Positions 1-12,655 of a stretch of 64,000 nt of DNA are shown here, piece after piece. The notes under the pieces were generated by a model. The model had not been told where the DNA came from. It worked only from the letters and a program-made list of their open reading frames with translations, and searched no databases. Position 1 is the first letter of the stretch, and each line of letters opens with the position of its first letter. A program made the position numbers and the translations under genes. Origin of the DNA: Octopus bimaculoides (lineage: Eukaryota); NCBI RefSeq assembly GCF_001194135.2, contig NC_068994.1, positions 20,874,508-20,938,507 of the forward strand, given 5' to 3'.

Positions 1-15
1 TATATATATATATAT

Positions 16-49
<34 letters not shown>

Positions 50-75
50 ACATATATATATATGCATATATATAT
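1..75. repeat. (TA)n microsatellite. Other SSRs: (TA)n ~1628-1657, (CG)/(CA)n ~4714-4746, (CT)/(CA)n ~10343-10392, (TAC)n ~27727-27763, (GT)n ~28163-28191, (CT)n ~39287-39336, (TA)/(GA)/(CA)n ~45488-45555, (CT)/(TA)n ~46651-46728
   Basis: Direct reading. Confidence 0.95.
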
Positions 76-849
76 GCTTTCTAGAAAATCTTAAAATTTT
101 ATAGTTACCACTATGCAATTACTGATTTTCCAACCCCATCTTTTATTCCAACCCTCCTGCTTATTTGAATTTAAGCAAATGTCCAACCCACCTGGTTATT
201 CCACCCTGCCCCCTATTATTTGAGACCCGAGAGTACAAAAACTGTATATATAATATGCATATATATATAAACTCAGAACCATATGGTTGGGAAGCAAGCT
301 TCCTACCACACAGTCACACCTGTGCCATTTTTTTTTGTAGTGGTGGTGGTGGGGGGGGGTTGCTTGTGACCCACTGACATATACTCACTTTTTACTGAAC
401 TGGTGCTTGTCAAAGCAAACCAATTCTACAGGACTCATCTCTATAAATTTTTATGATTATAGCTCGTTATTAGTGATATTTGTTCCTTATTGTCTGATAT
501 TTGTTTTATTGCTTTTGATGAGAAACTAGATAAACCTTAGTAGAGTTTAAACTCTATATTGTATGCTCAGTGTTACCACTCATAAACTTTCTTCAAATGT
601 TTACTAGTTCTCTATACCCAATCTAGATCAGTTTCTCAATTGCAGCAGTAGTTAGATGATAATCACCATCTCTACAATCAGCAAAAACTTTCTTTAAACT
701 TAATCATATTTCGATTTAAGAGGACTGTTTGAAAATTTTACATTAAATTTGTTGTCTATGTAGTGATGTAGTGGCTTATGTATCTATTTTTAATACATTG
801 TCACTTTTTTTTTTTTCATAGAACGTATTTTTTTTTTTTTTTTTTTTTT

Positions 850-1434
850 NNNNNNNNNNNNNNNNNNNNNNNNNNNNNNNNNNNNNNNNNNNNNNNNNNN
901 NNNNNNNNNNNNNNNNNNNNNNNNNNNNNNNNNNNNNNNNNNNNNNNNNNNNNNNNNNNNNNNNNNNNNNNNNNNNNNNNNNNNNNNNNNNNNNNNNNNN
1001 NNNNNNNNNNNNNNNNNNNNNNNNNNNNNNNNNNNNNNNNNNNNNNNNNNNNNNNNNNNNNNNNNNNNNNNNNNNNNNNNNNNNNNNNNNNNNNNNNNNN
1101 NNNNNNNNNNNNNNNNNNNNNNNNNNNNNNNNNNNNNNNNNNNNNNNNNNNNNNNNNNNNNNNNNNNNNNNNNNNNNNNNNNNNNNNNNNNNNNNNNNNN
1201 NNNNNNNNNNNNNNNNNNNNNNNNNNNNNNNNNNNNNNNNNNNNNNNNNNNNNNNNNNNNNNNNNNNNNNNNNNNNNNNNNNNNNNNNNNNNNNNNNNNN
1301 NNNNNNNNNNNNNNNNNNNNNNNNNNNNNNNNNNNNNNNNNNNNNNNNNNNNNNNNNNNNNNNNNNNNNNNNNNNNNNNNNNNNNNNNNNNNNNNNNNNN
1401 NNNNNNNNNNNNNNNNNNNNNNNNNNNNNNNNNN
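850..1434. other. Assembly gap (N run)
   Basis: Run of N flanked by poly-T. ORFs at 776-1522 are gap artefacts. Confidence 1.
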
Positions 1435-1625
1435 TGACCAAACACCATTCAATTTTTTTTCTCCGTGCTTTTCTCCTTGTTTTCTCTGTATTCTTTCTGT
1501 TGAAGAGCGTAGCTCGAAACATTAAAGTCTTTCTGTATTCCCGAGCGTCAAACTAATACATCCTTTTGTTGTTTACACCACCTGTCCTCGTCTGTTGTTT
1601 TGTTTTTTTTTCTTCATACATTCTC

Positions 1626-1660
<35 letters not shown>

Positions 1661-2012
1661 CAAGTAATATATAGAAAACAATTACAGAAGAAAAGAAAAG
1701 AAATAACATCAGGACAAAAATTTGATTCAATGTATATTTTTCTCCTTGGGCTGTATTTGTTTACATCAGTGGTTCTTGACCATTGTTTGCCTATGGACTG
1801 CTTTGATTTCTGCTTTACTCTACTAGACCCCTCCCCCCATAACCATTCAATGTTCAAAAATCCTATTCTATTATAATTAAATATTATTAGAAATTTTATT
1901 AACACATTGTTAAAATATTTTGTGTATTGTAGGAGTATAACCAATTTATTGTAGATAATTTTCACTACAAAACCCTGAAGTTGAGAACCTCTAGTTTATA
2001 TATTTGTATCAA

Positions 2013-2330
2013 TGGCACTCTGTTGGTTTTGGCTACAAGAGTTCCAGGTAATTCACTCAAAAGAACAGCCTGCTCATGAAATTAACATGCAAGTGGCTGA
2101 GCACTCCACAAACACATGTACCCTTAATATAGTTCACAGAGAGATTCAATGTGATACAGAATGTGACATGGCTGACTCATCAAAATACATGTACTACTCA
2201 TTTTTGCCTACTAAGTGGACTGGAGCAATATGAAAATTAAGCGTTGTGCTCAAGAACACAACACGCCACTGGGAATCAAACTTATGGCCTTGTGATTATG
2301 AACTGAATACCTTAACCACTTAGCCATCTT
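2013..2330 (-). mobile_element. tRNA-derived SINE, family A (decayed)
   Basis: Its reverse complement matches the 3' body of the intact copy at 38811-39200 (gagtgctcagccacttgcatgttaatttca..gagcaggctgtt) and has a decayed tRNA head. Confidence 0.85.
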
Positions 2331-2599
2331 CCTTCACAAAATCAGCTGATATTAAATTGCATAAACCTTATAAATATATATTTCAAAAGGTCCAAAGTTA
2401 ATATGTATGAAAACTTTCAGAACACACTGGTTGCTGGAAAGTTACTCATAAAATCCACTATCAGCCACTTAGTATAGCCAACATCTCTTACATGCTATAC
2501 CTTTAAGATAAGTTGTGATTAATCTCAATTCAGATTAAGCTGTAACATTATATTTGCTTTAATTTCATTATATTTCATTATATTTGCTTTAATTTCATA

Positions 2600-3200
2600 C
2601 TCACTGACACAGTTCCTCAGTTCCAATAGTGATGCTACATATGCACCAAAAACTGGCTTCCTTGTAGATACAAATCTCTGTGAATAAATATCACTCTTTA
2701 GTATAAGTATTGGAACCACTCTTTCTGAGTTCTGACTAAAATAATAACTAAATGATTGAGTTCAATATCCAAGTGCCAAACGTATTTCATAGCTTTAAGT
2801 CCAAATTTTGTCACAGTCTATTACATCTTGTGCTAAGATTGTCATCAAGCAATCAGTCTTTTGTTTCACTACCTACCACAGTCCTTGGCCTCATTACTTC
2901 TGGCAAGTTTTCTCTTTTCGCTGCTCACCGCAGCCCTTCGTCATCTTGCATGTATTTCAACAGAGAAACTCTGACCATGTTATTGTGTATGTCCTTATTT
3001 TTGGCTAAATTTTTTTATGGTTCTGGGTCTTTCTTATCAACATTACTTTGCTGAGTGGGCTAGGTACATTTTATCATGTGACTACTACTGAAGAAGTTGT
3101 ACTGAACAGGACAAAAGAGTTTTTCTTCTCTATATTGGCCTTTCATTGTTCCTTCTGCCAATATTTGGATTAAGTTGTGAAAACTTAAACCATATCTTTT
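2600..3200 (-). mobile_element. Probable highly decayed 3' part of an REL-type (R4/NeSL-like) non-LTR retrotransposon
   Basis: Fragments across frames and stops (HNNMVR, ENLPEV, LLDDNL, RVVPILI, ITIGT) fall in the order expected for REL LINE C-termini (RHN.VA, H.PE.V, LLWDF, VVPIVIG, LLGT..LR). Confidence 0.4.
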
Positions 3201-3395
3201 ATGTCAGGTCTTTGTGCTTATAATCAGTGTTCAGTTGTTTACACATACACACACAAAGGTCTTTGGTGTATTAAAACTGTTCTTATGTTCTTAAACAACG
3301 AATCTGATTTTGAATCACTCCATCTGGTAGTGATTGACACCCAATACTTCACCCCCATTATTACACACCAGCTGTGCTCAATTCCAGATGTCTAG

Positions 3396-3602
3396 CTATA
3401 GGGTTGCTTAAGTTGCTAAAAATAGCAACCAAATCTCTCTCAAATTACACCCTACTAGCTTCAAAAAAGGAGGACATATTGGATCATGTAATCTTAAAAT
3501 ACATTGTGACCGAAAAAAGATTCAATGAACATGGTTAGAACTCTTTTATTCAATTGGAGGTGGGGAGAGAGAGCTGACCTGACCTGGGACAAAAGAACAA
3601 CT
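3396..3602 (+). mobile_element. Interspersed repeat family D (gctagaaatagcagccaaatctccctcaaat...gggctaaacaac). Other copies: 5418-5485(-), 5650-5832, 11645-11885, 17290-17530, 25385-25580, 34802-34957(-), 36124-36279, 44150-44470(-), 56195-56265
   Basis: The shared motif recurs about 10 times in both orientations and ends in an (AAC)n-like tail, so it is probably a retroposon. No A/B box recognised. Confidence 0.75.
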
Positions 3603-3817
3603 GATTAGATAGCATTTAAACTACAGGCCTTTTCAGTCTTTGAATGCCAATTCAAAATTAAGAACTAATATAGACTTTGTTTATTCAGAGCTGGCCAACA
3701 TATTACTCTTTTAATAAATAATGTATTTTGTTATCTGGTTAACAACTAATGTTACCAACATCATATACAGGAGTTACATATAACTCCTCCACAGCATTCA
3801 CAATACCTATAGAAGAC

Positions 3818-4310
3818 ATCATCGTCATCATCATTTAATGTCTGTTTTCCATGCTGGCATGGGTTAGACAGTTTGACTGTAGCTGTTTAGGTCAGGAGCT
3901 GCACCAGGCTCCATTGTTTGTTCTGGCATGGTTTCTATGGCTGGATGCCCTTCCTAACATCAACCACTCCACAGAATGTACTGGGTGCTTTTTATGACGC
4001 AACAGCACTTTTAATGTGGCACCAGTACCAGTGCTTTTAACATGACGCCAGCACCAGTGCCTTTAATGTGGCACCAGCATGAATGCTTTTTGTGTGGCAC
4101 CAGCATCAGTTCTACTGTGGTGAACAGTTCTTGAATACAGCAATGTGCCAGATATTTTGGTCCTTTGTCATCTCCCTTGTAAGGTTCAGTATCTTGATAT
4201 CAGCCTTCAATACTTCAACACATCTTTTGGGGTCTCCCTCTTCCACAAGTTCCATCCACTTTAGGTGATTGACACTTCTACTCAAACATCATTGGTATCA
4301 CATTTGACCA
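3818..4310 (-). mobile_element. RTE LINE 3' fragment (RT C-terminus, 3' UTR, (GAT)n tail)
   Basis: Reverse complement reads as the GRGRPKR-type C-terminus followed by the tail gcatggaaaacagacattaaatgatgatg, as in 20806-21434. Confidence 0.9.
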
Positions 4311-5093
4311 TAAGAAAGAAGCAACTACAGTAGTGTACAAACAATACATTAGATCCACAATAAATTATGTTTGTCCAATTTGTTGCAAGTTTCAATCCTC
4401 TCAGTATCCTAAAAATACCATCTTTTCCCTCATCTCAGACAAGCTTTAGGAACCCATGCACACAAAAATAGCTGCAGCATCATTAACTTCGCTGATCCCA
4501 AACGTTGTGCTGGGATGAACAACAAACATTAAGTGTAAAAGATTATTGTATCATCAATCTTGCTCATCTCTGCCCACCACAGCAAAAGTAGGTAAAACAA
4601 AAAACAGGTAAGGGTTAGAATCGGGAAAGGTATCCAGCTGTAAAACAATACCTCAATAACTTGTTCATCTAACCCATTCTAACATCAAAACAAGGTTGTA
4701 AAAATGAACACACGTGCGCGCGCGCGCACACACACACACACACACACTAATATTACCTTTAGTTCTGAGCACAGCTGTTACCTGAAATACACTTGTTTAC
4801 ATTTTATCCCATTTCCTTGATCTATTGAAGTTGTTTAATGTAACAGCACAATTGTTTAATTGATCCTTGATTATTTACATCCTAAAAGTCTTTATTTTAA
4901 GGCTTGATATTTCTATGGAAGTAATCCAAATTTTTTAGACTTTTGTTTATTCATTTTTTATTTATTTAATATTGTTTGAGAGGTTGAGGGAGAAAACTGT
5001 TTTTTTATAAAGCATGAATGTTTCAGAACTAGAGTCCTTTATATATTGTTGAGATACAGACATATTGACTGATATAGCACTTTATTGATTGAT

Positions 5094-5414
5094 ATTGGCA
5101 GCTGAATAGCCAATTGGAAATGGTGTCGCACTGACTTTTCATGTGTCCCGCTACAGGTATTTTGCATTTTGGGGGTTGTACATGCAACAATTTACCTAGT
5201 GTGAACTACTATGGTTAGAGAGTTATATGATCTGATAATGTTGCTTGCAATAAACTGACGTAATAATATCCAAAAAGTTTGTTTGTTCATGTCTGTTTAA
5301 TGCCATGAAACTGTTGGATGCATTTACACTTTACAGTGCATAAAATCTGAAACAAGGAGGGACCCATGAAAAGTCAGTGCAACACCATTTCCAATAGCTT
5401 ATTCAGCTGCTAAT
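5094..5414. mobile_element. Inverted-repeat-bounded element (MITE-like)
   Basis: Core arms 5113-5149 and 5359-5395 are reverse complements with 2 mismatches in 37 bp and extend outward imperfectly. Confidence 0.75.
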
Positions 5415-6301
5415 GCCGGAGTGATTTGAGGGAGATTTGGTCTCTATTTTTAGCATGTTGAGCAACCATGTAGAGGCCCTCTTATTAACTCAACTATTAA
5501 TGTTTTTGCAACATATCAAACTCTACGCTCAACCCACATCTGCCTCTTGACAATATTTTTTTCCTTAGATATAACAGTGCTAAAACAAAACAAAAAGAAA
5601 AGTTCAACTTATTTTGACTTCCAGTAAACAATGGAGTTTCAATGTGGTTGCATGTTCTGCTGAAAACAACTGCCAAATTTTCCTTAAATTATGCCCTGCC
5701 TTCTTAAAAAGAAAGACATGTGACATGATGTAGTTCTACACATCAAAAAAAAAAAAGGTGGGGTTATGCCATAGCCAGAACACCTTTGTCCACAGATCTA
5801 CTAGAACCAGGGCTGATTTAGGATTAAACAAAATCTAGTCTGACATAAAGACAATGGGAGATGGTAAAAGCTGAGACTATGTTTGATATGTATTTTAATA
5901 GAAAGAGGTGAAGATCACTGAGTAAATGATTGTGGCTTTAGACTTGTTACAAAAGAGGAATTATGAAACAATGCTATTGTTTCTTCTCTTGTCTCTCCAT
6001 TGATACTATTGTTTGTCTTAAAGTTGACAACATTCAACCCCACATTAACAACACCCATTGTTTACCATGTTCCATGAGATTCACCGTTGTATAAAGCGTA
6101 AAGAAGAAAGAATTTATCAACTTTTTTTCCTTTTCCATTTTCTCCATCCTTCCCCTTTAACTATTCTTTTGTTTTTCTCTTTCCCTTATCTTTTCTTCAT
6201 TTCATCATGTTCTTTCTCTTTCATTTCACTTATCTTGCTGTCTTCTCTTAACTAACTCTCCATTTCCCTTTCCTAATGTCTATTTGGTGACCTGAACGCC
6301 A

Positions 6302-6338
<37 letters not shown>

Positions 6339-6508
6339 NNNNNNNNNNNNNNNNNNNNNNNNNNNNNNNNNNNNNNNNNNNNNNNNNNNNNNNNNNNNNN
6401 NNNNNNNNNNNNNNNNNNNNNNNNNNNNNNNNNNNNNNNNNNNNNNNNNNNNNNNNNNNNNNNNNNNNNNNNNNNNNNNNNNNNNNNNNNNNNNNNNNNN
6501 NNNNNNNN
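6339..6508. other. Assembly gap inside a (TA)n microsatellite
   Basis: N run with (TA)n on both sides. Confidence 1.
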
Positions 6509-6546
<38 letters not shown>

Positions 6547-6819
6547 GAGTAAATATTCAAGTGAACACTCGTAAAGATGTTATAATTATCGTTATCAGTG
6601 GCAAATCTTAATAATTGATTACAACAACAATAACATTAGTGGCAGCAACAGCTATACAATACATTCATAATTATATTAGAGGGTACACGAAGCACCAGCT
6701 TGCCAGAAAGTGGAAGTAAAAAACCCCAACTTAACCACCAATCTCACTGAAAATATGCAATGGACCAACATTCAAGACATAACAGATTACAATGAGGCAA
6801 GATAGATTTTTCATTTTAG

Positions 6820-6880
6820 GAACAGCAAGACCTACTGAGGGGAATTGAGGCACTAGTCAGAATTCGAAACCATGATCCAG
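6820..6880 (+). CDS. Candidate internal coding exon (61 nt, phase 0 to 1): EQQDLLRGIEALVRIRNHDP
   Basis: Acceptor atttttcattttag|, donor ccag|gtatgt, open frame, non-repetitive sequence. Confidence 0.45.
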
Positions 6881-7062
6881 GTATGTCTGTTACCTCATTC
6901 TATGGCTTTTTAGCTGAGGTAGTATGTTAAATTCTGCTCGTTTGCCCAATTTCTGTTGGTCCGTTGCGTATTTTCAGTGAGCTTGTAGGTTAAGTTGGCA
7001 GTTTTTACTTTCACTTTCTAGCAATATAATTTTGAATATATACATATATAGATGCGTGTATG

Positions 7063-7470
7063 TGGCGTGGCTGTATGGTAAGAAGCTTACTTCCCAACCA
7101 CATGGTTCCAAGTTCGACCTCACTGCATGGCACCTCAAGTGTCTTCTACTATAGCCTCAAGCTGTCCAGAGCCTTATGAGTGGATTTGGTAAATGGAAAT
7201 TGAAAGAGGCCTGTTTAGTATATATGTGTGCGCACGTATTTGTGTGATGTATATCTTTGTGTCTATGTTTGTCCCCCACCACTGCTTGACAACCTGTGTT
7301 GGTGTGTTTACATCCCCATAACTTAGCGCTTTGGCAAGAGACCAACAGAATAAGTGCCAGGCTTTAAAAAGAAATAAGTACTGGGGTCAACTCATTCGAC
7401 TAAAAATTTTTCAAGGCGGTACCCTGGCATGGCCATAACCTAATGACTGAAATGAGTAAAAGATAAAAGA
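7063..7470 (+). mobile_element. tRNA-derived SINE, family B. Other copies: 270-326(-), 18478-18835(-), 19885-19985(-), 28010-28160, 35455-35560(-), 56728-57095, 61715-61780
   Basis: Head ggcgtggctgt(a/g)tggtaagaagcttacttcccaaccacatggttccaagttcg with A- and B-box-like motifs, a central (GT/TA) tract and the tail gactgaaa..agtaaaaga. Confidence 0.9.
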
Positions 7471-9348
7471 TGTGTATACTGTCCCAAGAAATCAGCTTCC
7501 TATGATTTTTATTATCTTGGATGTGACAAAGCAGGTAGTAGAAATACTTTTAGACAAAGATAACAGTTATAATGGGAAGCTAAACACAAGCTTAACTTTA
7601 TTTGTAATTATTCAGTCAGTGATAGATTTGAAATAATGCTTGTCAAAGTTTGCATTGAAATAGTTCTGTTCTGTATAGTAAGGACTGGACACTAACAGAA
7701 ACACAAGGAGTAGTTAATGCCAAATGTTGCTCTTTTACAATTTGCAATTAGAGAGCTTATTTTTCAGAGAAATTAAATAACATATATCTGATTTCAAGTG
7801 ACTTTTTCTGCTGATAGCATTTTATGTATTAAAAAAAAAAAAAGAAAAGATTAAATATGGTTTGTGAACTCATCACAGGTTACTCTTTTTAATTACAAAA
7901 ATAAAGTTACAGAACTATATTGTTTTGGAAAACCTTTGCAAAAGACATTCGTTTCCTTTGTGGAAGTAGCTAGGTTCAGAATTATATTTAGTGAAGCAGC
8001 TGGTCTTATCAAAGATTAAAAACCAATGGCAAAAGTTGGCCAGTGTTCAGTGTACAATACCTTTTATACTGTAGACTACCCTTTATGGAAACTCTTTTAT
8101 TTTTTATTTTTCTCATGTCCCTTTCTTTTCTCTTACTTTTCCTTTCTATTTTAATCTTTATAGTTTATGAAACTGTGACATATTACCCTGATGTTGATTG
8201 GTTTAAATATGAGTAAGGGACTTTTTAAGTCCACTTTAGCAACACCACCTGGTTTTTCAGTGCCTTGAACAGACCCCACACTTTTCTCAACAAGGAGACC
8301 AGGTCTCTAGTTTTGTAACCCATGAGATACAGTTTCTTCTGTTTCACCTACTAGTTTCAGACACCCTATGTTGGTGTCATGTTTGTCTCCTTACTGAGCC
8401 ATTAAAAAATATTAATCTAATAACACTTCCTTTTTTTTGAGTATTTTTAGGAAGAGAATTAAATTAAATGATCTGAAATCATGTTGCATTGACGTATTCA
8501 ATTTAATTATTCATATCTTCATTACCTTAATTAGTTGTTGCTTCTAGAGTCTTTCACTTACCTTTCTTTTACCCTTCTTTTTGTTTTATTTATTTTATGG
8601 CTTAGTTGAATGGGGAAAAGCATTGTCTTTTCAAGATCTTCAAGATGATTGGGAAGGAGGAAGGGAGTTGTATTTAGCCTGGAGACCAGGTCCAAACAAA
8701 GTGAATTCCACTAAAGGTCCCCAAGTGTTACATAGTGGAGTTAATCCTGGTGCTGGATTAAGTCTACCTTTTCTCTTGTACTCTAATTCTTATCTTCTAT
8801 TTGTCAGTTTTTAACTCTTCACATTCATTTTCTTCTGTTTCTTTTCTTTTCTGTGTCTATTTTTCTAGTTCCTTTCCTTTGGTTTATTTACTCTCTGTCT
8901 TTTTATTCTTATTTTCATGTCCACTTACTTACCTTTTCATGTCTATTTGTTCACCTGTTCTCTACCTTTATGTCTGTCTAAATTTCTTCTGCCACCCTTT
9001 CTCTTCCTCATTTCCTTTGTAAACTCTTTACATTGACCAGCTGTTCCTACCCCTAAACTCCACCCTGTTTCATCTCACATTCATTTACAGTGCTCCACCC
9101 TATAGCCTCCTATCTCCCTCTTTAATATATTGCCAGCTGTCTCCTGGTTGTTGAATACTGAGAGAAACTAGCAGTGCACTTAAACACATTCAAACCAATG
9201 AAACTCATTCACTCTTCTATCACTCTATACATCTACATACACTTTCATACTTGTTACCCCTAACATTATTTTCTAAATCCTCTTCCATTTTTTAGCATTG
9301 TCATCTTCCAGCAGCCTGATTCTAACTCTAAATCACAACACTGCATAA

Positions 9349-9537
9349 CCCTTTAGCATTCAGATTTCTCTGTCAAATGTAATGCTTATTCATTCACATT
9401 GTTTTAGATTAATCATGCATTATCTTGTAGCTTCAAGATTTCAATGATGCGATTGTTTATTTTAAGAATGACATTGTAGGGTAGGTGTGAGAGATAGGAT
9501 ATTTGGGCTGGATATGGCCAGATTAAATGCTAAAGAG
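9349..9537 (+). mobile_element. piggyBac-type MITE family, ~190-220 bp. Other copies: 18938-19152, 23427-23648(-), 58302-58500
   Basis: Termini ccctttagcatt...aatgctaaag(g)g flanked by TTAA or one-mismatch variants. The internal sequence is shared by all four copies. Confidence 0.85.
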
Positions 9538-10354
9538 TTAATCCTTAGGCACACCAGGTAGCATGTTTTCATGCCATATACCACTGGACAGAAAGGCTTG
9601 TGTTATCCAACTTTTTTTTCCACTGTACATGGCAGTTCCTTTAAAGTGTTGATTAAAGGTGAGACAGGATGGTCATGGTGAGGTGGTGGAGGCAGCATGT
9701 TCACTATTAACTAATACTATTAACCTGCTACCGAAGCAGAGCAGTAGCAGCAGATTCTTAATGGTGCTGATGGTAGTAATTGTGGTGTTGGCAGTGGCAG
9801 AGATGTGGGTAAAGGGTAAGCTGTGAAGAGATAACACAGTCCTCGAGTCTAAACTCTCTCTCTCCCTGCTACACACACGTGTGTGTGTGTACGTGCGCGT
9901 GCGTGCGCACACACAACATACACTCTTTTCTTCCTTTCTCTTCTCTACCTAACCTTCCCCCATTCTATTCTGCCCACCTCTTAGCAAGCCCTCTATATTC
10001 AGCCCCACCCCATCTCCAAGATGAACAAAATTTCAAGTGCCTCTCCGAGACCACATATGTGGGTGGGTGGTACTGATGATACAATAGTAGTATAGTAGTT
10101 ATAGTGTGTGTGTGTGTGTTTCTTTATCGCTTGAAGTTTGTAATTTTCAGTTGACACATATGTGTGCACATATATTGAATCATGTATGTGTTTGTGTGCA
10201 TGTGTGTGTGAGAGAGAAAGAGAGAAAGAGAGTGAAAGAGTGAGAGTCAGAGTTAGTCAGACAGATTGTCTGTAGATGACTGTTATGCACACATGTGTAA
10301 TATATTATATAGAGATATATGTGTCTCTGTCCCTCACCCCATTTCTCTCTCTCC

Positions 10355-10394
<40 letters not shown>

Positions 10395-10430
10395 TAAAGT
10401 GAAGCTGTAACACTTTGAAAGAGTACCTTG

Positions 10431-10488
10431 ATGGGGAACAATGTACACACCGATGCCTCCAAAAAGAACCCACTGGCCGAAAGAAAAA
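10431..10488 (+). CDS. Candidate alternative first coding exon: MGNNVHTDASKKNPLAERK (ends phase 1)
   Basis: ATG at 10431, open frame to donor aaa|gtatgt, CpGs retained, preceded by (CT)/(CA) tracts with no good acceptor. Confidence 0.4.
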
Positions 10489-12171
10489 GTATGTATTTTA
10501 TCCACTGACATAAAAACAAAACTTTATGATTTTATAGCTGGTCTCCTTCAGTTGTTGTTTGTTTCATCTTTCATCTAGGATTTATTATGTCCCTCTTTTC
10601 CTATATCCTTTCACCAGAAAAAAAAAAATACACATATTAGTATGTATATATTTAGTTTTTGGACCAACAGCAATATAGGGACCAGTATGCCTGAACTTGA
10701 TGTATTCAATTAATGCAAAAACCGACTTAATTTCTTCTAATTTGCTTTAATAGTAGTAATTTATTTTGTTCAATCTATGGCGTTTTATTCTTGTTTGTTA
10801 TTTTTCTTTTGAAAGGATATTTTTTTGTATTTAGTTTCAACTAATTTTGTTTAATTTTCATGTAGTAATTTACCAGAACTGTGACAGCTTATTGATTTCT
10901 GAAAGACGTGAGTGTTTGTAAGGAAAGTGAAATAGTGACATGGAAATTGAAATCAAGTTGCGGACACTAAGCTAACTTTGGTGCTTTATTTGTTTACTTG
11001 ACAATGCTTGCCAGTCTCTAACTTTTAGATAACAAAATCAAACATTTATGCCTACTCATATTTCTTTATTTAATTTCAACTATTCTCACTATACTATAAC
11101 TACAACACTATCCACATGTGTGCGTGTGCGTATTTATACATACAATCTCACACACACTTGCATATACACTTCACACGGTGGTTGCTCGAAGAATAGTTTT
11201 GAATTGATGATTAAGTGACAGTTGTAACCGCTCACATTTCTCTGCTAATTGGTGTCATTTCCTGCACAGACAAGAAATCTAAAAATTTCTTCATAATGAC
11301 AAATAAGCAATTGTGTTGATGACCATCATGCCTTTTCTAAGAATATTAGCAACATAATTGAAGTGAAAAGATATCTAATGGGAGTGAAAACCCCGGTTGT
11401 GACCTCAGCATCCTACTGGGAACTTAACACCACACTACACCACCTGCCACTTTAAAACTAAAAACAGTGTAAAGTTTAGTATAAGTTTCTTTTCCAGTCC
11501 ACTCTTTAGTTCAAAAGCAAACTGGAGTAGTTTTGTTGTAATATTATTGTTATTAAAAAATACCATGCTTGATAATATTTATATTAAGCTATCATGGAAG
11601 TGGAATTGTTGATGAGGTTCAGTACGTACAGATATTTGAACAGCATGCAACCATGCACGCATCTCTGTGGTTGCTTAGCCTGTTAGAAACAGCAGCCAAA
11701 TCTTCCTAACTATATAACCCTACTGTCTTAAATAAAAAGAATATATTGATTAACATAGTTCATGGGGCTCTCTTTATTCCTGAAAAAAACATCAACAACA
11801 AAAAAAATTTAAATACCTTGAATGGCTTTGATCATAATAAATCTGTTCATTCAGGGCCAATTTAGGACTAAATGATAGCAGTCAATAATATTCTGTATTT
11901 ACTATTGCTCTTGAAATTTCAATTTTTTTTTTTTTTTCTATGTCAGAAATAAGCAATCTATTTATCTTTGAACCATTTCAAAAGCTGAACAGCAAGTCAT
12001 TTTTAGAATTTCAAAAATGTTTTAAATAGCCAAGTTCAATTTTCTTCTCTCATCTTCTGAAAATATGAGCTTAGAAAGTTACTATATTAAAAAGATTTTA
12101 TTAGGTGGTATGGCACTTTTGCTTTAGTTCTTTCTTATCTGTTCTCAATTATTTAAATTTTTCCTTTCTTC

Positions 12172-12655
12172 NNNNNNNNNNNNNNNNNNNNNNNNNNNNN
12201 NNNNNNNNNNNNNNNNNNNNNNNNNNNNNNNNNNNNNNNNNNNNNNNNNNNNNNNNNNNNNNNNNNNNNNNNNNNNNNNNNNNNNNNNNNNNNNNNNNNN
12301 NNNNNNNNNNNNNNNNNNNNNNNNNNNNNNNNNNNNNNNNNNNNNNNNNNNNNNNNNNNNNNNNNNNNNNNNNNNNNNNNNNNNNNNNNNNNNNNNNNNN
12401 NNNNNNNNNNNNNNNNNNNNNNNNNNNNNNNNNNNNNNNNNNNNNNNNNNNNNNNNNNNNNNNNNNNNNNNNNNNNNNNNNNNNNNNNNNNNNNNNNNNN
12501 NNNNNNNNNNNNNNNNNNNNNNNNNNNNNNNNNNNNNNNNNNNNNNNNNNNNNNNNNNNNNNNNNNNNNNNNNNNNNNNNNNNNNNNNNNNNNNNNNNNN
12601 NNNNNNNNNNNNNNNNNNNNNNNNNNNNNNNNNNNNNNNNNNNNNNNNNNNNNNN
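12172..12655. other. Assembly gap
   Basis: N run. Confidence 1.

Noticed and set aside
776-1522. Long ORFs of 186-248 aa (also at 6273-6560, 12105-12708, 44521-44754)
   Set aside because: They are composed of X from N-gaps and flanking microsatellites.
2525-2735. Minus-strand exon-like ORF (SERVVPILILKSDIYSQRF..., donor tca|gtgagt at 2605)
   Set aside because: The surrounding frames resemble a decayed REL LINE C-terminus, so a TE origin is more parsimonious. Not fully excluded.
10305-10511. Minus-strand reading WVLFGGIGVYIVPHQ as a membrane-protein exon
   Set aside because: The donor (caag|gtactc) is weaker than the + strand gtatgt, and the ORF runs into (GT)n.
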